DNA of 64,000 bases from an uncultured delta proteobacterium (GTDB lineage Bacteria; Desulfobacterota; Binatia; UBA9968), in contig CAVYTU010000016.1 in the NCBI GenBank assembly GCA_963771465.1, positions 125,317 through 189,316 on the forward strand, in the 5' to 3' direction. The notes beneath the pieces were generated by a model. It was not told the origin of the DNA. It searched no databases and worked only from the letters and a program-made list of their open reading frames with translations. Below are positions 20,113-29,904 of the stretch, one piece after another. A program made the position numbers and the translations under genes. Positions within the stretch are counted from its first letter, which is position 1, and every line of letters begins with the position of its first letter.

Positions 20113-21027
20113 ATGAGCTGGCAATCGGCTGAAGAGCCTGAAGCAAAGACTCCAACGGGCTGCAAGGCGTTGGAGACCGTCATCGTGCCGCGTCCCCGCG
20201 ACATCGGCGGGTTTGAAGTTCGCCGCGTGCTGCCGTCTGCGGAGCGGCGCAGCGTCGGGCCGTTTGTATTCTTCGACCAGATGGGACCTGCCGAGCTCGC
20301 GCCCGGCGCCGGCATCGACGTGCGGCCTCATCCGCACATCGGTCTTGCAACGGTGACCTATTTGTTTGCCGGCTCGATCGTTCATCGCGACAGTCTGGGC
20401 AGCGTGCAGACTATCGAGCCCGGCGCGGTCAATTGGATGACCGCTGGGCGCGGCATCGTTCACTCCGAACGTTCCGACACGGAACTCAGAAAACAACGGC
20501 AAGAACTCTACGGCATACAGATCTGGGTGGCGCTCCCTAAGCGGCACGAGGAAACCGATCCCGACTTCGCGCATTACGCCGCCGCATCATTGCCTGTGAT
20601 CGAGGGCGAAGAAAAAACAGTCCGCCTCATCGCCGGTTCGCTCTACGGCAAGGCGTCGCCGGTGAAAACTTTGTCGGCGCTGTTTTATGCCGACGCGACG
20701 TTACGACCGGGCGCATCGCTTGCGCTGGATAACGAGCACGATGAACGAGCGATTTATCTTCTCGAAGGAACGGTCGAGATCGCCGGGCAGGCTTTCGAGC
20801 CAGGACGGCTTTTAGTTTTTTCGTCCGGCGATTCGATCACAATCAAAGCAACTTCGGCGACTCGGTTGCTATTGCTGGGCGGCGAGCCGCTCGACGGTCG
20901 GCGCTATCTCTGGTGGAACTTTGTTTCAAGCTCGCGCGAGCGCATCGAGCAGGCCAAGGCCGACTGGAAAGCCGGACGCTTCGCGCCGGTCCCCGGCGAA
21001 GTCGAGTTTATTCCGCTGCCGGAATAA
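20113..21027 (+). CDS. Pirin family protein
   Basis: [34 protein letters not shown] and WWNFVSS motifs. Confidence 0.95.
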   Translation: MSWQSAEEPEAKTPTGCKALETVIVPRPRDIGGFEVRRVLPSAERRSVGPFVFFDQMGPAELAPGAGIDVRPHPHIGLATVTYLFAGSIVHRDSLGSVQTIEPGAVNWMTAGRGIVHSERSDTELRKQRQELYGIQIWVALPKRHEETDPDFAHYAAASLPVIEGEEKTVRLIAGSLYGKASPVKTLSALFYADATLRPGASLALDNEHDERAIYLLEGTVEIAGQAFEPGRLLVFSSGDSITIKATSATRLLLLGGEPLDGRRYLWWNFVSSSRERIEQAKADWKAGRFAPVPGEVEFIPLPE

Positions 21028-21217
21028 CCGAGATGCTGTGTCAGGCTATATTGGCTTTGGTCAATTCCGATTAGCGGTGAAGAACTTTGTCTGATTTAGA
21101 CCTCAGTCAAAACGTGTCCCGATCAGATGGCGGAATCTCGCCGAATTAGCCTTGTTACCCACGCCTAACAATTTTCCTACGTTGACTTGAAGGATTCGCC
21201 GGCATAGAAAGAGTTCG

Positions 21218-21463
21218 ATGTGTTTCTCTAGAAACACAAAATGGCGCGCCATGCCGATTATTCTTCAAGAAGCTATTTCTGCGTCTATTGGTCAGGCGCT
21301 GCAGCCCCGAGTTTTCGATCCATTCGAAGATCGTCTTCCCATAAAAGCCAGTAAATTGGTGGCGTTTGCAGATCTAATTCCGGGGGCTGCATTTCACCGC
21401 GGTTTTAAGTCGTTCAGAATGAAACGGTTGGGATTTTCCTGGAAAAATTTACCAGCCTATTGA
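21218..21463 (+). CDS. Hypothetical protein (doubtful)
   Basis: Short ORF immediately after TTGACT-N17-TAGAAA (21182-21210); no recognisable motif. Confidence 0.25.
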   Translation: MCFSRNTKWRAMPIILQEAISASIGQALQPRVFDPFEDRLPIKASKLVAFADLIPGAAFHRGFKSFRMKRLGFSWKNLPAY

Positions 21464-21907
21464 TCTGCAGGGCGTATCCATTATCGATCGCCAGCAAACT
21501 CAGGTTCCTTATCAGCGTCCTGTAGATGCTGCTCGTTTGATCCGTGCTCCGCCCCTTTTATAGCTCGTCTAAATTCCAGAATTTCGCGATTTGATCGACG
21601 CGAATTCACCAACCGACTTACCGCCCAACGAAGCTATTGGCAGGGACCGAATCAAAACCCTTTCGCTGTCGCGACTGTGTTAGGCCGCGGGGCCGTACGG
21701 GTTTCAGGAGCGAAGATGTTTGGAATATCGTCGGATGTGTAGATCGTGGTTTTTTTCGCGGCTGTCTTCGCGGGTATCATCATCTGGGTTAATTGGATGT
21801 GACCTTATTTTGGACTTCCCACGGGCTGCGACCGACCCAAGGACAGTCCGTCAAGTGAGCGCCGAAAAAATCACTGGATCGTCTACGTAGCTAACAGGAG
21901 AGAGCCG

Positions 21908-22228
21908 ATGGCTATATTTGATGTGGCGCAGATAACGCGTCGGGGGATCGATTTTATCATCGTGCCTCTGCACGCCAATTTTGAGTTTAAATCGCAGCAG
22001 GAGAAATATGCGACGGTCGCTAGACTTCATTCGGCCGCAGACTACGGAGGATTGCGCGGGATCGTCGTTCCGGTCTGGGCATCACGGAGCGGCAAGATGA
22101 AGAGTCTCGCGCAAGCTCCATACCGCGCTATTCTCCGCAGCATCGATCTTGAATTTGTTTCCCATAACATCAACCAAGAGATCGATGTTGGGGAGGTTCC
22201 AGCCTCCATCGAACATTCAGCTTCGTAG
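21908..22228 (+). CDS. Small hypothetical protein
   Basis: AGGAG RBS; protein-like alpha/beta pattern. Confidence 0.7.
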   Translation: MAIFDVAQITRRGIDFIIVPLHANFEFKSQQEKYATVARLHSAADYGGLRGIVVPVWASRSGKMKSLAQAPYRAILRSIDLEFVSHNINQEIDVGEVPASIEHSAS

Positions 22229-22337
22229 AATTGCTGGCTGGGGTTGGCGTGATGGGCGCATTCTGAACTGTTCCTTGGTGGGACGGTGTGTGATAAATAC
22301 CGGAAGCATATCGGGTCGTGGAATCACGGGATAAACT

Positions 22338-23072
22338 ATGGTTTCACCGTCAATATGTTTCGCTCTCGCGCCGACGGGCAAGCTGCGCGTCGGTATCAAC
22401 TACGGCAATCCAGTATTGGCGACGCGCGATGGCGCTAGCGGTGAGCTGCGCGGCGTTGCGGTGGATTTGGCGCATGAGCTCGGCCGTAGAACCGAGTTGC
22501 CGGTCGACATCGTCTCGTTCGAATCCGCCGGCAAGATGTTCGATGCGGCGAAATCCGGCGCTTGGGACGTGGCGTTTCTCGCCGTCGACCCCGGGCGCGC
22601 CAATGAAATCGATTTCACCGCGCCCTACGTCGAAATCGAGGGAACCTATCTGATTCCCGCCGGCGCGCCGTTTCACACCGTTGCCGATGTCGATCACGAC
22701 GGCGTGCGCGTCGGCGTGTCGGGCAAGAGCGCGTACGATTTGTTTTTGACCCGCAATTTGCAGCGCGCTCAAATCGTTCGGGCACAGAGTCCTGAGTCGG
22801 CGCTCGATTTGATTCTTTCAGCCAAAGTGGATGTGCTCGCCGGCGTGAGGCAAACTTTAGTCGCGCATTCAGCCAAGCTTCCCGGATCGCGCGTTTTCGA
22901 AGATCGTTTCATGGCGATCGGTCAGGCGCTCGGCATCGTCAAAGGCCGCGGCGAAGCTGTGAAATATTTGCGCGAGTTCATCGAAGATGTGAAAGCATCC
23001 GGCTTCGTTGCGCGCGCGCTTGAAAAGAGCGGCGTGCGCGGCGTCTCGATCCCGGTGATGGTAATAGACTGA
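22338..23072 (+). CDS. SBP family 3 (polar amino acid-type) binding-fold protein, no clear signal peptide
   Basis: LAPTGKLRVGIN, GVAVDLA, WDVAFLA and IDFTAPY motifs. Confidence 0.88.
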   Translation: MVSPSICFALAPTGKLRVGINYGNPVLATRDGASGELRGVAVDLAHELGRRTELPVDIVSFESAGKMFDAAKSGAWDVAFLAVDPGRANEIDFTAPYVEIEGTYLIPAGAPFHTVADVDHDGVRVGVSGKSAYDLFLTRNLQRAQIVRAQSPESALDLILSAKVDVLAGVRQTLVAHSAKLPGSRVFEDRFMAIGQALGIVKGRGEAVKYLREFIEDVKASGFVARALEKSGVRGVSIPVMVID

Positions 23073-23185
23073 GTGCGGGTTCGGCGGCGGCGCGTCCCGC
23101 CGTCCGCTGCCAGCGGTTGTTAGGTGGCAACGGGCAGATGCATGCGGCTGCGATCACTCCGCTGGCTAAGTGCCGTGAAGTTTTC

Positions 23186-23371
23186 TCAGTGATCTTTGTT
23201 GCTGCGGGTGGGTTGGTGGATCATTTCTTTCTTCAACTCATTGCGAACGCGATCCAGCCTTTTTTGAAACCATGAATCGGTCACTGGTCGAAAGACTCGG
23301 GCAACGAGATCCTTCTCGTCATACAAACCACCATTGACCGTGGTTTGTTCGAAGATCCGACGCCAGTCCAT
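23186..23371 (-). CDS. Small hypothetical protein
   Basis: TAAGGAG RBS 7 nt upstream of the ATG on the minus strand. Confidence 0.55.
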   Translation of the reverse strand: MDWRRIFEQTTVNGGLYDEKDLVARVFRPVTDSWFQKRLDRVRNELKKEMIHQPTRSNKDH

Positions 23372-23657
23372 AATGTGTTCTCCTTATCTCTCTACTCTTG
23401 ACTCTATGGGAACTCTTTACTACCGATGGCATTTCGAAATTAAGCGAGTTGAGAGTGACCGGCGAAACGCGATGGGTAGGCTTTCTTATAAGGACCGCCC
23501 TATGTTTGTCAAACTCGGCAAGACAGTGAAACTACCTCGATCGAACACGGCCAATTGGAGTTCTGCGAGATGATCGATGCGGGTCCCGGCGAGTCACGGA
23601 TAAAAACCACCGGCGCGAGAACTTACCCGTCATACATCAGTAGATAAGGACGCAGTC

Positions 23658-24659
23658 ATGGCAATCCGGCGTTTAATGATTTACGGGGGAGTTTTGCTTG
23701 CCCTCGGTGGTTCATCGGCAATCATGGCCCAAGAGAAAAAACTCGATCGCATTCGTGTCGGCGGCGGCTCGGCCTCGGCGGCGCAAATGTCGATCTGGTT
23801 CGCCAAGGAAGGAAACTACTATGACAAGCATGGCTTGAATGTCGAGGTGATCAGCATTCCCGGCAGTTCGCTGGCGATTCAAGCGATGCTATCCGGCGAG
23901 CTGCCGATCATTCAAGCCGGCGGCGCGGGACCCATCCAAGCCGCGCTTTCAGGGACCGATACGGTGATTCTCGCGACCATCGTGAAAAAATTTAACTGGT
24001 GGATTTTCGGCCAAGCGGGCATTGCCCGCATGGAAGACCTGAAAGGCAAGGTTTTCGGCACGACGCGCTTTGGCACACAGTCCGACCTCGCTTCGCGTAT
24101 CGCGCTGCGCAAGGCGGGCCTTGAACCGGATCGCGACGTGACCATGATTCAGACCGGCGGACCGGCGGAAACGGTGATGGCGATGGCGACGGGCAAGGTG
24201 CATGCGGCGGCGATCAGTCCGCCGGCGACGCTGCAAGCGAAACGCTTCAAGCTCAAGGAGCTGATGGATTTGACCACGCTCGATGTCGAGTATCACGTCA
24301 ACGGCGTGGTGACGACGCGGCGCTATTTGAAGTCCAACGAGGACATCGTGCGGCGCTTTTTGCGCGCCTATATCGAAGGTGCGGTGCGCGCTATGAGGGA
24401 TCGCGCGTTCGCGATCAAGACCATGGGCAAATATTTTCGCACCGACGACAAAGAGGTGCTCGACGAAACCTACGAGCTGAGCATCAAGAGCGGCTTTACC
24501 GTGCCGCCCTATCCAGCGGGAATTCCGGCGTTACTGCAAGATCTAGAAAGAACGATGCCTAAGGCCAAAGGCGCGAAGCCGGACGACTTCATCGACAACC
24601 GTCTGGTGCGTGAGCTGGATCAGAGTGGATTTGTAAAAGCCTTGCTGGCTGGCAAATAG
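23658..24659 (+). CDS. NMT1/SsuA-like substrate-binding protein
   Basis: Signal peptide; AKEGNYYDKHGL, DLKGKVFG and ELDQSGFV motifs. Confidence 0.9.
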   Translation: MAIRRLMIYGGVLLALGGSSAIMAQEKKLDRIRVGGGSASAAQMSIWFAKEGNYYDKHGLNVEVISIPGSSLAIQAMLSGELPIIQAGGAGPIQAALSGTDTVILATIVKKFNWWIFGQAGIARMEDLKGKVFGTTRFGTQSDLASRIALRKAGLEPDRDVTMIQTGGPAETVMAMATGKVHAAAISPPATLQAKRFKLKELMDLTTLDVEYHVNGVVTTRRYLKSNEDIVRRFLRAYIEGAVRAMRDRAFAIKTMGKYFRTDDKEVLDETYELSIKSGFTVPPYPAGIPALLQDLERTMPKAKGAKPDDFIDNRLVRELDQSGFVKALLAGK

Positions 24660-24820
24660 TTGCGAAGTCGAGAAGACTATTCGCGATCTCGCTCTTGTCA
24701 ATTGTGAATTGCCGAGCTTCCGATAAAAATTATTGGTCACTTTAGAGCTGCCAGGCAGTTTCATTGACAATAAATCCCAGGGAAACAGACGATCCGAATG
24801 TGATAATCGACACATAGATA

Positions 24821-24871
24821 ATGAAGCGAATCGAGTAGAGCGGGTTCATTAAGGCTGTTTATAAGAAGTGA
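24821..24871 (+). pseudogene. 3' remnant of an NMT1-type SBP paralog
   Basis: Translates MKRIE*SGFIKAVYKK*, compared with the C-terminus MKKIDDSGFIRALYKK* of 24987-26027; TATAAGAAGTGACGG is shared. Confidence 0.7.
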
Positions 24872-24986
24872 CGGTGGATCGAGCCGATCATTGCTCCCGT
24901 TATTTGATCGGCCGAGGCGGCTCGCGGCGAATTTTCATCCGCGTTGATGCGCGGTTCGCATAGATTCCATTGACACTAAACTGCGA

Positions 24987-26027
24987 GTGATAACGGCAAG
25001 GAGTTTATTTCGTTTGGCATCGCTTTATGTTTCAGATTTTCGTTTTCTTGGATTTTTCAGCGCTTCATGCTTGTTTTGCAGCAGTCATGTTTACGCGGCG
25101 GCGCGGCTTGAGCCGTTGACCGTCGGTTATTCCAATATCACTGCGACTTATGCGCCGCTTTGGCTCGCCGTCGACGAACACGTCGGCATCAAGCACGGCT
25201 TGGAGCTGAAGGCGATTTACGCCGGCCGGGTGCGGCCGCAACAGTTGCTCGCCACCGGCGAGGTGCCGATCGTGGTGGCCTCAGGAACCGGCACCATGAC
25301 GTCGCACATCGTCGGGATCAAAGATCAGGTATTGGTGGCGACGATCACAAGCAAAATCGGCACGTCGCTATTCGCCAAGGCGGAGGTCAAGAGCGTCGAA
25401 GACTTGAAGGGCAAAACCATTGCTACAGGGCGGCCGGCGGCATTCTTGGACGCGACGGTGCGCTATGTGTTGCGCAGCAAGTTCAATCTGGTTCCCGACC
25501 GCGATGTGAAGTTGCTGCCCACCGGCGAACCGTATTTGGGATTGCAGGCGTTGGAGCGGGGCGTGGTCGATGCGGCGGCTATGTCGATCCCGCACTTGTT
25601 CATTGCACGCAAGGCTGGTTTCAAGGAGTTGGTCAGTTTCGACAAGCTCGGCCTTGAATATCCCTACACCAGCGTGGTGGTGCTGCGCCAAACCATTGCC
25701 AAGAATCCCGAGCTGGTGGAAAAATTTGTCAAATGTCTGGTCGAAGGCATTTACATTTTCAAAACCAACAAAGCCAAAGCGCTGATGGCTTTGCGCCGTT
25801 ACATGAAAGGCGCCGACGAAGACATTCTTGAAGAATCGTATCAGCACACGCGCGCCACCATCGACGAGGCGCCGCATCCTTCGCTGCAAGTGGTCAAGGT
25901 TGGTTTGGAAATGCTATCGCTGCAATATCCGCAGGCGAAGCAAACCGATGCGAACCTGATTATCGAGCCATCGTTCATGAAAAAGATCGACGACAGCGGC
26001 TTTATCCGGGCGCTGTATAAGAAGTGA
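24987..26027 (+). CDS. NMT1/SsuA-like substrate-binding protein
   Basis: VGYSNITATYAPLW, DLKGKTIA, PDRDV and DDSGFI motifs; start codon uncertain. Confidence 0.88.
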   Translation: MITARSLFRLASLYVSDFRFLGFFSASCLFCSSHVYAAARLEPLTVGYSNITATYAPLWLAVDEHVGIKHGLELKAIYAGRVRPQQLLATGEVPIVVASGTGTMTSHIVGIKDQVLVATITSKIGTSLFAKAEVKSVEDLKGKTIATGRPAAFLDATVRYVLRSKFNLVPDRDVKLLPTGEPYLGLQALERGVVDAAAMSIPHLFIARKAGFKELVSFDKLGLEYPYTSVVVLRQTIAKNPELVEKFVKCLVEGIYIFKTNKAKALMALRRYMKGADEDILEESYQHTRATIDEAPHPSLQVVKVGLEMLSLQYPQAKQTDANLIIEPSFMKKIDDSGFIRALYKK

Positions 26028-26119
26028 CGGGTGCAAGTGGTGATGCAAAGTGCGATCGAGAGCGAAAATTCTTAGAGGAGTTTCGTAGCTATTTGGGTAA
26101 ATAGGGCGAGGGTGAAAAA

Positions 26120-26513
26120 ATGGCCAAAGCAACCGACCAATCCAAAACGGGATACGTGACCATCGCCACAGTGCGGCGTCGCGCCGAGGCGAGTCAAATC
26201 GTCAACAAGCTGCAATCGGCGGGCATCGAGAGCTTGGTGACCGCGGAGCGCGCGTCGGAATCAGCGTCGGCTAAATATCGTTGGTTCTACGGCGTAAAAG
26301 TCCAGGTGAGCCGTTCGGATGTGTCGCGCGCTTTGCAAACATTGCAGTTGTCGCGAGCAGAGCAGGATCAAAGCGCGCCACAGCCAGCGCAAGAGCGAGA
26401 ATGCAGCGGGCATCTCGCATTTCCAATTAAAGCTTGATAGCTGGCAGGAAGCGGCGATCGCAATCGGCGTCATCATTGCGGTTGCAGCTTTTCTAGCTCT
26501 ATGGCTATTTTAA
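26120..26513 (+). CDS. DUF2007-like (PII-like fold) protein with C-terminal TM helix, frameshift near 26400
   Basis: EASQIVNKLQSAGIES..GVKVQVSRSDVSRA; a TM tail AAIAIGVIIAVAAFLALWLF lies in the adjacent frame. Confidence 0.65.
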
Positions 26514-26559
26514 ACGATTAAGATTAATTCAACGGAGTTCCGAAGAAAGGGGAGACGAC

Positions 26560-27599
26560 ATGCTAGACGGTAAATTGAGGATCGCGCCGACTTGTTATCA
26601 CATGCTGCACCAAGTGCCGGTGCGGGCGGCGCATGAGATGAATTATTTTTACGACGAGGGGCTCAAGACCGCTGACGGTAGTTTGGCGTATGAGCTGCTC
26701 ACCGATTCCATGGTGCCTTTCGGTTTGGAGAAGCTCGGCATCTCGCAAGCGATGAAAGAAAAATCGGTGGATATCGCGCTCGACGTGCAGTCGCGGACGA
26801 TTTTCTACCAGCGCGCCCGCGGCGCCGATCTTTACATCATCGCCGGCTGGCGCAATCAGCACACCAACGTTTGGGTCGGCCCGCCGCATATCAAGTCGTT
26901 GCAGGACCTCAAAGGCAAGCGCGTCGGCATCAGCGACTTTAACAGCATTCGCCACTGGGCGATCCAGATCCAACTGGTTAAAGCCGGCTTAAATCTGGAG
27001 AAGGACGTCGAATGGGTGCGCCTCGGCGTCAATTCGCAGCTCCACAAAGACGCGATCCGCGCCGGCCGCGTTGAATGCGCGCCGGTACCGCCCTGGTATG
27101 CCGAAGATTTGATCGCGGAAGGGTGCAATGTGTTGGTATCGCCGGCCGATCAATATCCCGATGGCCGGCCGGAAAGAGTCATCGTTTCTACCGGGCGTAT
27201 CCTCGAGGAGCGGCCGGATATGGTCAAAGCATTTCTAAGAGGTTTGGTCCGCTCTTACTGGTTCGTGCGCGATGTGCCGAAGAATTACGAATATCTCGTC
27301 AATCTGGAAAAACGCGTTCGCTTGACCAGTCCGGACCCAGAAGAACGTAAAGTCCAAGCACCGCGCTCGCTACGCGATCTGGAAGCGATGCCGTTTCCCC
27401 TCGACGGTAGAGCGAGCGGTTTTGAAGACATGCTCAAAGAAGAAGAAAAGCTCGGCGAGCTTAACTACGAGGTCCCGCCAATCAAGGACGTGGTCGCGCA
27501 GGATTTGGTCGACGAGGCGTTTAAAGAATTGCGTTCGCGCAAAGAGCTCGACGAAGAGTTTCAGCGCTGAAGAAAGCCGAGGCGCGCTGGGGATATTAG
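26560..27599 (+). CDS. NMT1/THI5/DszB-fold protein without signal peptide (1-nt frameshift near 27567)
   Basis: GGGGAG RBS; IKSLQDLKGKRVGI and ERPDMVKAFLRG motifs; probable tail LKKAEARWGY*. Confidence 0.82.
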
Positions 27600-27637
27600 T
27601 CGGCGCTGATGCGCGGGTTTTGACAAAGGAAAAGACG

Positions 27638-28678
27638 ATGAAGAAAATCGCCTTCGCACATTTGTTCTTCTTGGTATTTCTCGGCGGGCTGCTGGCGGCT
27701 TCGTCGCTATACGCTCAGGCAGGGAAAGATTTCTTCGAGGGCAAGACGATGTCGTATCTGGTCGGTTCGACGGCTGGTGGCGGCAGTGATGTCACCGCCC
27801 GGCTCGTTGGCCGCCATTTGGAACGGCATATTCCGGGCAAGCCGCGCATCGATATAATCAATAAGCCCGGTGCCGGAGGATTGATCGCGGCCAATGAGCT
27901 GTACAATTTGCGCAAGCCTGACGGTTTGAGCTTTGTCGCCGTCAATGTAAGCGCGCTCTTCGCGATTGCGAGCGGGAACGATGCGATCAAATTCGATTTG
28001 ACGAAGTTTATCTGGATCGGCCAAGCCTTCGACGACACTCAAACACTGTTAATGCGAACATCGACGCCCTACACCAGCTTCGAGGCGATCCGCAAAGCGA
28101 ACAAGGAAGGCAAGCTGCCGAAGATGGGCGCGCAATCGCTCGATCACACGAGCAACGTCGTGGTCAAGATCGTCGGCCATATTCTCGGCTTGGACTTTCT
28201 CGTTATCCCTGGATACCCCGGCACGCCGCAAATCTTGCTCGATATCGAACGCGGTGCCCTCGATGGCCGGGCATTCAGTACGGGTTCGTTTTTCGCTACC
28301 AGACGCGAGTGGCTAAAGACCGGCTTCATCAAACCCCTGGTTACCTCAGGGAAGGAGCGCGATAAGCGTTTGCCCGGCGTACCGAGCATCGAAGAGATCG
28401 CGCCGGCCGGCAGCAAGGGGTTGCTCTCGGCGCTCTATTCATCGCAGGATTTATCGCGCTCGCTGGCTTTGCCGCCGGGTACGCCGCCGGACCGAGTGAA
28501 GGTTTTGCGCGATGCTTTCGTCAGGATGACCAAAGATGAGATGTTCCTCAAAGAAGCCGATAAAATGGGCTTGGAGATAAGTTTGATTCGCGGCGAAGAC
28601 ATGAACCGAGACATCGAGGCTACCGTGCGCGACAAGCGGCTCATGGAAATGTATAAGACGATTACCGAGGTGAAGTAG
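27638..28678 (+). CDS. TctC/Bug family substrate-binding protein (tandem copy 1)
   Basis: MKK signal peptide; FFEGKT..GSTAGGG, KPGAGG and KPDG motifs. Confidence 0.9.
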   Translation: MKKIAFAHLFFLVFLGGLLAASSLYAQAGKDFFEGKTMSYLVGSTAGGGSDVTARLVGRHLERHIPGKPRIDIINKPGAGGLIAANELYNLRKPDGLSFVAVNVSALFAIASGNDAIKFDLTKFIWIGQAFDDTQTLLMRTSTPYTSFEAIRKANKEGKLPKMGAQSLDHTSNVVVKIVGHILGLDFLVIPGYPGTPQILLDIERGALDGRAFSTGSFFATRREWLKTGFIKPLVTSGKERDKRLPGVPSIEEIAPAGSKGLLSALYSSQDLSRSLALPPGTPPDRVKVLRDAFVRMTKDEMFLKEADKMGLEISLIRGEDMNRDIEATVRDKRLMEMYKTITEVK

Positions 28679-28753
28679 CAACGAGATAGAGGTCGGAAGT
28701 CGGTTGTCGCGCAGGGGTTGTCGTTGAACGCGGTGGGAAAGGATTAGATTTTG

Positions 28754-29800
28754 ATGAGAGTTAGTTTTTTGCCAAAGAGTTATAACTGGGTTGTTGCGTT
28801 CTTCAGTGTTTTGCTCGGCGCTGCGCCGGTCCAGGCCCAGGGAGCGAAAAATTTCTACGAGGGGAAGGTTATTTCCTACTACGTCGGGTCAACCGCCGGC
28901 GGCGGCAACGACATTACGTCCAGGCATATAGCGCGCCACTTTGAGCGCTATATACCTGGTAAGCCGCGTATCGATATCATCAACAAGCCGGGGGCCGGCG
29001 GTTTGATCGCCATGAATGAACTTTACAATTTACGCAAGCCCGACGGCCTCAGCATGGTCTCGGTCAATCCTAGCAGCCTATTTGCGTCGGCCGGAGGGGA
29101 CGAAGCGATTAAATTTCAATTACAGAAATTCATCTGGGTGGGGCAAGCGTTTGACGACGCCCAGACCCTTTTTGTTCGATCAGCGACGCCCTACACTAGT
29201 TTTGATGCGATCAGAAAGGCCAACAAGGAAGGCAAGCAGCCGAAGATGGGCGCACAGTCACTCGACCATCCGAGCAGCGTCGTCGTCAGGATGGTCGGCT
29301 ACATCCTCGGCTTGGACTTCCACGTGATTCCCGGTTATCCAGGCACGCCGCAGATATTGCTCGAGATCGAACGCGGCGCGTTGGACGGACGGGCGTTTAG
29401 CACGGGGTCGCTGTTCGCAACCAAGCGCGATTGGCTTAAATCCGGTTACATTAAAACCCTCGTAACCTCGAAGAAAGTTCGCGATACGCGTTTGCCAGAT
29501 GTGCCGAGCATTGACGAGATTGCACCGGCTGGCAGCAAGGGTTTGCTCGCCGCGATGTACGCGTCGCAGAATCTTTCCCGCTCCGTGGCGATGAATCCCG
29601 GAGTGCCGGCGGACCGGGTGAATATAATGCGCGATGCCTTTGCGGCGATGACCAAGGATGAGCAATTCATTAAAGAGTCTGAGAAAATGGGTCTGGAGAT
29701 CGGCATGATTCGCGGCGAAGAGATGAACCGGGACATCGAAGCGACCATGCGCGACAAGCGGTTGATGGACATGTATAAACAAATTACGACAGTGAAATAA
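28754..29800 (+). CDS. TctC/Bug family substrate-binding protein (tandem copy 2)
   Basis: Long stretches identical to copy 1, such as IPGKPRIDIINKPGAGGLIA and ERGALDGRAFSTGS. Confidence 0.9.
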   Translation: MRVSFLPKSYNWVVAFFSVLLGAAPVQAQGAKNFYEGKVISYYVGSTAGGGNDITSRHIARHFERYIPGKPRIDIINKPGAGGLIAMNELYNLRKPDGLSMVSVNPSSLFASAGGDEAIKFQLQKFIWVGQAFDDAQTLFVRSATPYTSFDAIRKANKEGKQPKMGAQSLDHPSSVVVRMVGYILGLDFHVIPGYPGTPQILLEIERGALDGRAFSTGSLFATKRDWLKSGYIKTLVTSKKVRDTRLPDVPSIDEIAPAGSKGLLAAMYASQNLSRSVAMNPGVPADRVNIMRDAFAAMTKDEQFIKESEKMGLEIGMIRGEEMNRDIEATMRDKRLMDMYKQITTVK

Positions 29801-29904
29801 GAAATTTAAAACTGAAAAGGAAAAAATTAAGAATTCAAAATTCAATTTGCAGCGGAGGTCACCCCTGACTGTCGGCAATTTTCACTTTGAATTTTTAACT
29901 TGGA
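29801..29904. repeat. AT-rich inverted repeat with about 7-bp-period arms
   Basis: AAATTAAGAATTCAAAATTCAATTTGC ... GCAATTTTCACTTTGAATTTTTAAC. Confidence 0.7.

Noticed and set aside
27565-27572. Selenocysteine TGA, or fusion of the 26560 protein with TctC (ORF 27422)
   Set aside because: A 1-nt indel explains the tail. TctC has its own ATG at 27638 and its own signal peptide.
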